Source of the DNA: an uncultured virus (IMG/VR IMGVR_UViG_3300028591_000018)
Lineage: Duplodnaviria; Heunggongvirae; Uroviricota; Caudoviricetes
Direction: 5' to 3' (one strand)
Virus record (IMG/VR): IMGVR_UViG_3300028591_000018
Length of the DNA: 22,889 nucleotides
Position numbers and translations under genes: made by a program. Below the pieces are notes generated by a model, which worked only from the letters and a program-made list of their open reading frames with translations, was not told the DNA's origin and made no database searches. Below are positions 5,082 to 12,932 of this stretch, piece after piece (positions within the stretch are counted from its first letter, which is position 1; every line of letters begins with the position of its first letter).

Positions 5082-7808
5082 TTATGTCAAAGTCCAGCCT
5101 TTGTTCGTGGCGATTGCTTTTTCTTCAGCGGTGAGCTTATTGAGGTTTTCACTACCAAGCTGAAGTGTCTTATTTGTCACCCCGTCAGCAAGAGCATCAA
5201 AAATATTCAATATGGATTCCACTGTTAATAATGGTGAGTTAGCAAAATAAATAGGGCTATAGTTCGAGTAGTTCATTTTATTTCTGTTATTCTCGCCAAA
5301 CGTAATATTCATCAACGAATAATCGTATTGAAAAGTATAGGATGAGCTACTGGTTTTCCAATTAGTAAATTTTGAAATATCAAAAGCTGACAAATCTAAT
5401 GATTTTAAACGTACTAAAGTACGGAATGAATTTGCGGTTGGGGCTGTATTTGCATTTAAGGGCCAATTGGACGTATCCCATGAAATATTTAATGATTCAA
5501 GTGAACAGCACGAATTGAATACCGAACTCATGTTCGTAACCGCCCAATTAGATGTGTCCCAAGCTTCAGCTTCAATGCTTTGCAACGTATAACAAGCAGC
5601 CCATGTATTTGACAGTTCTGTAACTACCCAATTGGATGTGTTCCAACTGTGAACATGGAGGTATTTTAAAGATACGCAGTTAGCCCATGTATTTGCCATT
5701 GAAGTTACTGTCCAATTGGAAACATCCCAACTATCCAAATCCAATATTTCAAGACATCTGCAACCGTTCCACGTATTAGCTAAATTCGGTATAACCCAAT
5801 TTGATGTATCCCAATTACTCAAATCTAATTCTTTTAAACCATAACATAAATACCATGTTTGAGAAAATGAAGTAACCGGCCATTTTGAAGTATCCCAATC
5901 TTTTACATCAAGCACCTCAAGTAAATAACAATTATTCCATGTCGTATTAATGTTATTAACCGCCCAATTCGAAGTATCCCAATGATTTAAATGCAATTCT
6001 TTTAAATTCATACAATTTGACCATGTAGCATTTAAACTAGTGGGTTTCCAGTTAGCAGTAGTCCAGCCACTCAAATCTAAATGCGCCAGTCTATAACAAT
6101 TATTCCAAGTATATGTCATACTGGTAACTTTCCATTTAGACGTATCCCATTTGTCAACTGCAAGATGACGCAAATTTGTACAAGTGTACCATGTCTGATA
6201 AAGTGTTGTTACTGCCCAATTGGACGTATCCCAATGATTCAAATTTAATGACTCTAAACAATAACAACCACACCAAGTCTGATATAAAGTAGTAACTGCC
6301 CAATTGGAGGTATTCCATCCATCAGTGTTTATAGAAATTAAACAGTTACAGTCAGTCCAAGTATTTGCAAGATTAGTAACTTTCCAGCTGGATACGTTCC
6401 AGGAACTTAAATCTAAGGTTAATAAATTAACACATCTTCGCCATGTATAGCTCAAAGTCGCAATTGGCCACGAAGAGGTGTCCCATTCACTAACATCTAA
6501 ATCCACTAAATGGTATGCATAATCCCATCTTTGAGCTAATCCACTCGCATCAGAGCTTCCGACTATTATCTTTTCACGTTCTGTAAAATAGGGTGTACGA
6601 GTGCTACTCGTTATAGCTTCAACATGTCCTACCCACTCAATAATTGGCTGATACTGACCATTGTATACACGACCTTCGTCACTGGTCCATAATTGCCATT
6701 GGAATGAACGAATATGACTGGAAGTAATTTTTACAATGGGATAATTTCCATCAGATGGAGTCCATGTCTTAATCCATGTCGCAGCATGAGCTAATGTTTC
6801 AGTGGAATCAACAATAAATTCGCCATTTTGAATGGAACCGACCTGAACGGTCCAGTTTGTTGAACTACCATTTGTATTTATCTTAATACTCACATGCGGA
6901 TCAGGAATCCGTCCGGTGGCGTCTACGGTCATATACAGGGTATTCGTCTCATCGTTATAGATACTGTCCAGATCCGGCAAACCTTCCGGCCGAATCCAAT
7001 GATGTGTTTCGGGATCGACAGTTCCAATGAGATCGCAGAGCCCTTCAGGCATGACAAGGGTCATACCGTCCACGGTTATTTCGGCAGTTCCGACAATTTC
7101 AGAACCGTCCGCGGCATGCGCGGTATCGCCCTTGTACATGCGGTCAGGGTCTACAGTATCGGCAGTGAGATCAATAATCGTCTCACTGCCATAAACAACT
7201 TTGTTGATATACCCGGTGATTTCTTCACCATGCGTAAAATTACCGCCGGTTACGTCTGTGTTAAAGGTACTGTTTACCAAATCATACAGACCAACCTTAC
7301 CATCCGAAATTCTGTAACACGGAATATAATCTCGAGCCAAAACCCCATTATCATAAAGTTTAAAACTGTAAAGACGTACATACCCATGCTGACCAACACT
7401 ACCATTATTATTCAAAGTGAAAATAGTGATCGGGCATGGTGCTGTAAAAGCGGTTTGGTTGACAGTTGTTGAAATACCGGAGGGATTGAAATAGGTTGTC
7501 GCAGTTGCAGAACATTGAATTCTTGTATTCCGAACAAGACCTGCATCATATGAAGTTCCGCACTTTCGTAACGTGCTGTTATTATAAGTAGTCAATTGGA
7601 ACTCTAAACTACCGGAAGACTTTCGAGCACCGAAAATACAACCATAGTTGTTCGGAGTTATTTCATCATATGTCAGAAAATCAATTTCAAAACCGGTATT
7701 TTGATTTGGCGTGAACCCAGTATTAATATATTGACCTTTCGTATTTTCGATCCATTCCACCTGCTGATAAGTATCAGGAAGATTGGCATATGTATTTGTG
7801 CGAATCAT
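5082..7808 (-). CDS. Multi-domain adhesin/tail protein with BspA/DUF285-like leucine-rich repeats, 908 aa
   Basis: N-terminal LPDTYQQVEWIE...LARDYIPCYR domain, internal IDLTADT module, about 13 tandem 28-aa repeats (CxxLxxLDLxxWDTSNWxVTxLxxTW), and a C-terminal cap LTVESILNIFDAL...KAIATNKGWTL. TAATG overlap with the upstream gene. Confidence 0.85.
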   Translation of the reverse strand: MIRTNTYANLPDTYQQVEWIENTKGQYINTGFTPNQNTGFEIDFLTYDEITPNNYGCIFGARKSSGSLEFQLTTYNNSTLRKCGTSYDAGLVRNTRIQCSATATTYFNPSGISTTVNQTAFTAPCPITIFTLNNNGSVGQHGYVRLYSFKLYDNGVLARDYIPCYRISDGKVGLYDLVNSTFNTDVTGGNFTHGEEITGYINKVVYGSETIIDLTADTVDPDRMYKGDTAHAADGSEIVGTAEITVDGMTLVMPEGLCDLIGTVDPETHHWIRPEGLPDLDSIYNDETNTLYMTVDATGRIPDPHVSIKINTNGSSTNWTVQVGSIQNGEFIVDSTETLAHAATWIKTWTPSDGNYPIVKITSSHIRSFQWQLWTSDEGRVYNGQYQPIIEWVGHVEAITSSTRTPYFTEREKIIVGSSDASGLAQRWDYAYHLVDLDVSEWDTSSWPIATLSYTWRRCVNLLTLDLSSWNVSSWKVTNLANTWTDCNCLISINTDGWNTSNWAVTTLYQTWCGCYCLESLNLNHWDTSNWAVTTLYQTWYTCTNLRHLAVDKWDTSKWKVTSMTYTWNNCYRLAHLDLSGWTTANWKPTSLNATWSNCMNLKELHLNHWDTSNWAVNNINTTWNNCYLLEVLDVKDWDTSKWPVTSFSQTWYLCYGLKELDLSNWDTSNWVIPNLANTWNGCRCLEILDLDSWDVSNWTVTSMANTWANCVSLKYLHVHSWNTSNWVVTELSNTWAACYTLQSIEAEAWDTSNWAVTNMSSVFNSCCSLESLNISWDTSNWPLNANTAPTANSFRTLVRLKSLDLSAFDISKFTNWKTSSSSYTFQYDYSLMNITFGENNRNKMNYSNYSPIYFANSPLLTVESILNIFDALADGVTNKTLQLGSENLNKLTAEEKAIATNKGWTLT
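5450..6530 (-). repeat. Coding tandem repeat, 84-bp (28-aa) period, about 13 copies
   Basis: Repeated (T/G)TCCCA / CCAATT blocks encode WDTSNW. Twelve 28-residue units and one shorter final unit are countable in the translation. Boundaries approximate. Confidence 0.9.
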
Positions 7809-8410
7809 TATGCACCTGCAATCGTAGCTGTATACCCACCTGCTGCATTTTGAGTTTCGTTATACGGAATCGCGTTCACTGTAACCTGTGTAATATAATC
7901 AAAGGACAGTGAAGCAGCGGTAATAACCTGCTGAGCCGTTGTCGGTGTTGCAGTCGCAGGACCAACCTGCAGCTCATCCTCAGCAGACAGTGTACCCTCA
8001 ACACCCAAAATGGTTACGCCATCACGAATATTACTCGCGACAAGGTTCGCAGCAGAGGTTGAGTCAATGACTGCTTTGCCGGAGCCATCATAAAAACCAC
8101 TCGAAATTACGGTTCCGCTCAGACCGCTGACAGTTACATTTGTGCCGGCTTTATTTGCCATGGTACCTGTGATTTTGGAACCATTCTTATAAGCAGTCTT
8201 CCCGCTCAAAATTTCAGCGGCATTCGCAGTCGCATCCGTTGTATCAGCGTCATAGTTACAAGTACCGGTAGCAACTGCACCGGATGCAAGATGAAACGTT
8301 TTTCCATTAATAACATCTACAGCGGTAATGGTATCGCCGGTTAAATCAATGAGGACATCGCCATCATATACTACTTTATTAATAATATTGCTTGCATCGT
8401 GTTGTGACAT
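7808..8410 (-). CDS. Tail-associated protein, about 200 aa (IDLT module, tail-fibre-like repeat, C-terminal IPY...GGYTATI module)
   Basis: Start moved from 8467 to ATG 8410 (GGAGG RBS, 4 nt after the upstream stop). DATANAAEILSGKTAYKNGSKITGTM and NIRDGVTILGVEGT are motifs of the kind seen in phage tail proteins. Confidence 0.8.
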   Translation of the reverse strand: MSQHDASNIINKVVYDGDVLIDLTGDTITAVDVINGKTFHLASGAVATGTCNYDADTTDATANAAEILSGKTAYKNGSKITGTMANKAGTNVTVSGLSGTVISSGFYDGSGKAVIDSTSAANLVASNIRDGVTILGVEGTLSAEDELQVGPATATPTTAQQVITAASLSFDYITQVTVNAIPYNETQNAAGGYTATIAGA

Positions 8411-8414
8411 AAAA

Positions 8415-8684
8415 TTATCCTCCAATGGTTGCGGTATATCCACCGCTGGGATTACTGACCTCAGCATATGGGATCGGATGTACGATCATATCATCTTCCA
8501 TATAACAATCTGAGGTTGGCATTAATTGAAAATCGGCTGTAGGAATAATCTCGTAGGAGCCATCATATTTTGTGCCCAGCCGATCCGGGATTGTCAACTC
8601 ACCGTACAGTTGTCCGGCATCTGACAATAAACCGACTAATTTAGACTCACCGGAAAGATACCCGACCAATTTTCTTTCTTCCAT
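8415..8684 (-). CDS. Small tail-associated protein, 89 aa
   Basis: TGATG overlap with the upstream gene. C-terminal YDGSYEIIPTADFQ...IPYAEVSNPSGGYTATIGG is shared with the 200-aa protein and the Dit insertion. Confidence 0.8.
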   Translation of the reverse strand: MEERKLVGYLSGESKLVGLLSDAGQLYGELTIPDRLGTKYDGSYEIIPTADFQLMPTSDCYMEDDMIVHPIPYAEVSNPSGGYTATIGG

Positions 8685-9019
8685 CAGCCCACCTCATGCG
8701 TTATTTCCAGCATTCCATTTTGAATAAATGTATCCACATCTCCATTTGCAAAAATGAGCTGAACATCGAAATAATATGGGCCAAACGGAAGAGATTTTGT
8801 ATCTTCAGGATCGATTACCAAAAGCATAGTACTGATAGGAATATCTTTTGTAAACACCGGATTTTTATCTGTAAGGTATTTTTTTACTGCAAATCGTACT
8901 GTGTCCCCTTCAACAGGAGTGTAGGGGTCACCCGTAGATTTGTATTTAATCATTACGGAGATCTTCACCGTGTCTCCCCGCGTCATCATAATTTTCGTTC
9001 CGGAAACACTGTATCCCAT
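8684..9019 (-). CDS. BppU N-terminal-like (Ig-fold) baseplate protein, 111 aa
   Basis: The MTRGDT...GDTVRFAVK...IDPEDTKSLPFGPYYFDVQL...GDVDT pattern is recalled from stand-alone BppU_N-like phage proteins. AAGGAG RBS. Confidence 0.6.
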   Translation of the reverse strand: MGYSVSGTKIMMTRGDTVKISVMIKYKSTGDPYTPVEGDTVRFAVKKYLTDKNPVFTKDIPISTMLLVIDPEDTKSLPFGPYYFDVQLIFANGDVDTFIQNGMLEITHEVG

Positions 9020-9027
9020 ATAACTCC

Positions 9028-9897
9028 TTATTTAATATCGCGCATAGAATTTGCGATTTCAAGATGCTGCGCATCAGTCAAATAACAGTTATAAAATGCC
9101 GCCGCAATAATCGTGACATGATAATATTGATCATCACGAGGATCAACTACTCTGGATGCATCTGAATGAGGGCCCGAAACACCTGGCCAGCCTCTTTCAC
9201 TTGCTGCAGATGATGCTATCTGGCTGCCATTCAAATATAATTTATTTGCAGATGACCCGGCAAACACTGCGGATACCGGTGCTATTTGAGTTTTCGCTTC
9301 AACCCAGGAAATTTCATTGTATTCACCTGCGCCGTCAGAATCATGTTTCCAGCTTGTCACTATTCCCATCTTATTGCCGCCGTAACCGCCTTTCCATTCT
9401 TCTGAAGCATGGATTTGAAAACCATAATCCTGTCTGAGCATTAGAAAAAACGGTTTCATATGGGTCAGCATATACGCATTGTAATGTGACAGACCGGTAG
9501 GATCTTGAACAATACCAAAGTTTGAATAATAAACAATCTGAGTTTTAATTGCCGAACCAAGTGCAGCCATTGCACTGTTTGTGATTGTCCCTTTTGTCAG
9601 GCCTTCTGACTGGCTCCAAACAGCATCTGAGGCATAAGATAAATCATAAGTACTATTCCCTGTAAGATTCTTCTTCGATTCGTCCTGTGTCTTTGCGCCT
9701 TTAAACTGATATGCAGCAACAACATTATTCATACTCAAGCCCTTGGCAATAAAAAAATCGCTCGTATAAAATAAACGGGCGACTCCATTTACACCAATAT
9801 AGGCTCTTTTTACTTTTCTCGTAACATCGTCGATTCCAATATACATTTTCCGGACTTTTCTTGCTTTATCATCCATGCCTAAATATGTTGCTTTCAT
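9028..9897 (-). CDS. Putative receptor-binding protein with a ConA/LamG-like C-terminal domain, 289 aa
   Basis: Three N-terminal Y(L/I)G repeats (KATYLG, RKMYIG, KRAYIGVNGVAR). LamG-like ending KLYLNGSQ...IIAAAFYNCYLTDAQ. GGAG RBS. Confidence 0.7.
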   Translation of the reverse strand: MKATYLGMDDKARKVRKMYIGIDDVTRKVKRAYIGVNGVARLFYTSDFFIAKGLSMNNVVAAYQFKGAKTQDESKKNLTGNSTYDLSYASDAVWSQSEGLTKGTITNSAMAALGSAIKTQIVYYSNFGIVQDPTGLSHYNAYMLTHMKPFFLMLRQDYGFQIHASEEWKGGYGGNKMGIVTSWKHDSDGAGEYNEISWVEAKTQIAPVSAVFAGSSANKLYLNGSQIASSAASERGWPGVSGPHSDASRVVDPRDDQYYHVTIIAAAFYNCYLTDAQHLEIANSMRDIK

Positions 9898-9906
9898 AAA
9901 AGCTCC

Positions 9907-10488
9907 TTACTCATAGACAATGTAAAGTGTTCCGGTATTCAATGGAGTCACTCCGGGCGTAATATCTGTTTGACTATACTGCATCGCAGGAAGTCCGGGA
10001 ATGTTCAGCATATTCACCAACGGAGTTTCCTGAGTTCCGACAACATTCTCAATATTCGCTGTAAGAATGGAAGAGGCATTAATACCGACAGTTACATAAG
10101 CAAGCGCGTACTGATGCACTGAGGTATTTTTTATCAAAGCCGGTTTAACCGGAGTCTCAGCAGGAGTTCCCTGAATAATTTTGATGGTATTTTCCCGCTC
10201 AAGTTTATTTGTCTCCAAAACAACCGCATCGATCCGGGAATACACCGTATCCGCCGTCGGGATCGTCAACGTCAGTTTCTGATTATTAAAAGTCCAGGTA
10301 TGGTCAAACCATGCCCGGCCGGTGTCTACAGTAATATCCATACCGGAAGAAGCCGCTACATAAAATCGCTGACCGACGGAAGAGTAGACTCCATCATTGA
10401 TCAAGCCATCATAAAAGCTTGAAAACTGGTCAGCATTATAAACGCGGTCACCATTGTATGAATCATAAAATCCATAAGTTACACTCAT
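9907..10488 (-). CDS. Baseplate/upper-baseplate structural protein, 193 aa
   Basis: The GFYDS..GDRVYNA...V.TGRAW...RIDAVVL...GTPA..P..P.L....QY.LAYV pattern is typical of the gene after Gp37-like hubs in siphophages. Confidence 0.75.
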   Translation of the reverse strand: MSVTYGFYDSYNGDRVYNADQFSSFYDGLINDGVYSSVGQRFYVAASSGMDITVDTGRAWFDHTWTFNNQKLTLTIPTADTVYSRIDAVVLETNKLERENTIKIIQGTPAETPVKPALIKNTSVHQYALAYVTVGINASSILTANIENVVGTQETPLVNMLNIPGLPAMQYSQTDITPGVTPLNTGTLYIVYE

Positions 10489-10504
10489 AGTCTATCCTTT
10501 CCGC

Positions 10505-11596
10505 TCAATCATCTTCTTCGAGCTCGACTTCTTCAAATGTAGGAATAATGCTCAACCCGTTCTCATCATAGCTAATGACTACTTCAGAAATCTGGACTGC
10601 TTCCACATTTCCGTAAATATCTTTGAACTGAACTTTATCCCCGACATTATAGTGGGTACGGTATTTATACATTTCTTCCGGAACTACCTCACCCTCAATT
10701 CCGGTTTTGATCTTGTATTCTTCATTCAGCTTTTTCTTTGCTTTTTTTCGAATCTGAGCATCTGTATAATTTGCATTTTTATTCTTTTTAAACTCAGAAG
10801 CATCTTCCTGAATTTCCCGCCGGGCTAAACCGACAGGTTCAGCAGATCCGACATAAGTTGTGATATAGGTATCTTCATCTTTTGAGATATACATAAAATT
10901 TTTGTATTCCTCAATCGAAGAATAGTAACTGCTGGATGTCAGATTATCGAAATAAGGAGAAAAAATCACATAACTTGCTGTATTTTGGGCAACGGATCGA
11001 TCTACACCATGAAAAAGACTGAAAACAAATTGGTTTGAGCTGTTTAATAAGATCCGATAACCAAGATGTTCATCTTCGCAGATTCCCTCGATCACATCAA
11101 GCAAATTATCCCCGTTATAAGATTCGTGAAATTTCTTTTTTGTAACCAGAGTATCTGTTGAGTCCTGAAATATAAAATTGTTAATCTTCCGTTTTGTATT
11201 CGAAGGATTAATGAAGTTTTCGTTTATCAAGGTTTTAATACTCGATTGGACATTTACTTCATTTTCTTCACTCCCAAATTCTTTTTTAGCAGTAATAATC
11301 CTGCGCTCAAGTATGCATTCAATAGAACGGCCGCTGACTATCATTGTCGGCGGCTCGTCCATTTCCTGCTGTTGCTCGATTTTTTCTATAATTGCCCAAT
11401 GATCTGAAAAATCAATCCGGCAAAAATAGTCTTTCTGCAAAATTTCTTTCCATTTGTCTTCAAAAACCACCTGGAGTTCAAAGTCTCCGCACTGATTGTA
11501 ACGATCTGACCAGATCAGTGAAGAATAACTGTCCACGATCGCTTTCAAAGTAAAAGACTGATCGTAAACGTATAATATCAATTCTTTATCAGCCAT
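10505..11596 (-). CDS. Siphovirus ReqiPepy6 Gp37-like tail hub (Tal-position) protein
   Basis: IVDSYSSLIWSDRYNQCGDFEL, SGRSIECILERRI, VIFSPYFDNL, GLARRE and YNVGDKVQ motifs. Located after Dit. Confidence 0.85.
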   Translation of the reverse strand: MADKELILYVYDQSFTLKAIVDSYSSLIWSDRYNQCGDFELQVVFEDKWKEILQKDYFCRIDFSDHWAIIEKIEQQQEMDEPPTMIVSGRSIECILERRIITAKKEFGSEENEVNVQSSIKTLINENFINPSNTKRKINNFIFQDSTDTLVTKKKFHESYNGDNLLDVIEGICEDEHLGYRILLNSSNQFVFSLFHGVDRSVAQNTASYVIFSPYFDNLTSSSYYSSIEEYKNFMYISKDEDTYITTYVGSAEPVGLARREIQEDASEFKKNKNANYTDAQIRKKAKKKLNEEYKIKTGIEGEVVPEEMYKYRTHYNVGDKVQFKDIYGNVEAVQISEVVISYDENGLSIIPTFEEVELEEDD

Positions 11597-12025
11597 TTAA
11601 ACCCCCAATACCTTCACCGGGCACTTAATAGAGATCCGGAGCTGATCAACACTCGGTGTTGCCGAATAGGTCATTTTATTCGGACCGGTCTGAAGATAAA
11701 TCCATTTTGAAGATAAATCAATTGCATGGAGGACGTCGTAAGAGACGCCTCCACGCAGCAGTTTTGCGGATTTACTTCCGCGGTTTGTATTGATTGTAAG
11801 GAGGTCATACTGTTCCAGATCTGACCCGACAATGGCTGCGAGCTTTGTATGATCAATAATGATGTACTCTGATCTCGTGACATTGTTAATTCGGATCGAA
11901 CTTGCGCTGGAACCGATTACCTCAATTTCGATAATTACCCCGGTTTCAGCATCGCCTTTATACTGGATCACAGTTTCGGGGTATGTTTTTACAATACCGA
12001 ATTCAACGGTTAGTTGTTCAGCCAT
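11597..12025 (-). CDS. Distal tail protein, C-terminal half (separate gene), 142 aa
   Basis: Start at ATG 12025 with a GGAGGT RBS and ATGGCTGA overlap. EFG...YKGDAETGVIIEI...WIYLQTGPN...LGV corresponds to the C-terminal part of Dit proteins that precede Gp37-like genes. Confidence 0.75.
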   Translation of the reverse strand: MAEQLTVEFGIVKTYPETVIQYKGDAETGVIIEIEVIGSSASSIRINNVTRSEYIIIDHTKLAAIVGSDLEQYDLLTINTNRGSKSAKLLRGGVSYDVLHAIDLSSKWIYLQTGPNKMTYSATPSVDQLRISIKCPVKVLGV

Positions 12026-12932
12026 TTCCGTTACCTCCAATTATGATCGTATAATTTTCAAGTGTTCCTTCTGTCGTATTTCGTACACGTTCATAAGGAA
12101 TTGGGTTCAACGTAATATCATTTTCTGTGTATTTGTCTTCAAGAGCTACATATTGTTCGGAAGAAGCCGGTGTAAAGGTCGCAGGACCTATATAATGAGT
12201 CAATTTGACATCATCTTTATCCGGCGGAGTCTGATCGTCATAACTGTCATCAGCTTTGATCTCGGCATAATAATATTCACCCTCTTCATCATAAAGAGTA
12301 TCCATACTATATTTAGCTATCAGAATATCACCGTATGAGTAGGTCATAGCTGTCGATAAGATTTGTTCACTGCTGGATGGGGCCATTACAAACGGGCCTT
12401 CAAACTTTTCATAACCTTCCATTCGCTGACCGGTAAACTCAAAACTGCACGGAAAATGAAAATTCGGAACGATTGTTGAAACAATTGTGTCAACGTCACT
12501 GCTTTCCTTTGAAAAATAAGGATCAGGGCACAGTATGGAAATCTGTGCCCCTTCCTGTTTCGTAAAAATCGTGACCTCATTTGCTTCGACAGTGCCTTTT
12601 ATTTTATAAGTCCCATTGTCGTTCGTTACATAAAAAGTGATATCCCCTTTCACAGGAAAATATCTATAGCACTTATATCGAAGATCTTCAATCGTCAATT
12701 TTTCATTATTATCTTCATAGAAAACAATGACCATCACAATATTTCTGGGGCCGACTCTTACATTCCCTACCACTGTACCGTCAAAGAAGTTTACATTTGA
12801 CTGTGAAATATCAGCTTTGGGAGGGTTCAGCCCCGTAATACCAGAAACTAAGAAGCCCGTTTCTTCGGGCTTCTTAATATCTAAATATATACTTTCACCA
12901 ATATTATTTACAATTTTAACTGAGTGTATCAT
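12018..12932 (-). CDS. Distal tail protein, N-terminal half with an appended ~138-aa module, 304 aa
   Basis: Follows and overlaps the tape measure gene by 17 nt. Dit motifs GITGLNPPKA, RNIV, ISILCPDPYF and FHFP, followed by a non-Dit acidic region ending IPYERVRN...YTIIIGG. Confidence 0.8.
   Translation of the reverse strand: MIHSVKIVNNIGESIYLDIKKPEETGFLVSGITGLNPPKADISQSNVNFFDGTVVGNVRVGPRNIVMVIVFYEDNNEKLTIEDLRYKCYRYFPVKGDITFYVTNDNGTYKIKGTVEANEVTIFTKQEGAQISILCPDPYFSKESSDVDTIVSTIVPNFHFPCSFEFTGQRMEGYEKFEGPFVMAPSSSEQILSTAMTYSYGDILIAKYSMDTLYDEEGEYYYAEIKADDSYDDQTPPDKDDVKLTHYIGPATFTPASSEQYVALEDKYTENDITLNPIPYERVRNTTEGTLENYTIIIGGNGNG

Noticed and set aside
6894..7472. 192-aa plus-strand ORF and the other plus-strand ORFs between 2485 and 22492
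   Set aside because: They are antisense shadows of well-supported minus-strand genes, with no recognisable motifs.
2626..9897. Diversity-generating retroelement acting on the adhesins
   Set aside because: No reverse transcriptase in the window, and I found no near-identical repeat pair differing only at adenines. A remote DGR cannot be excluded.
779..9897. Shufflon or invertible tail-fibre cassette driven by the tyrosine recombinase
   Set aside because: All tail genes are co-oriented with their own starts. I saw no inverted silent cassettes or repeated crossover sites among them, and the shared modules are diverged at the DNA level.
12010..12045. Stop-codon readthrough or recoding to fuse the two Dit halves
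   Set aside because: The halves are in different frames, no slippery heptamer is evident, and the second half has its own strong RBS. TAA, TAG and TGA all act as normal stops in the operon.
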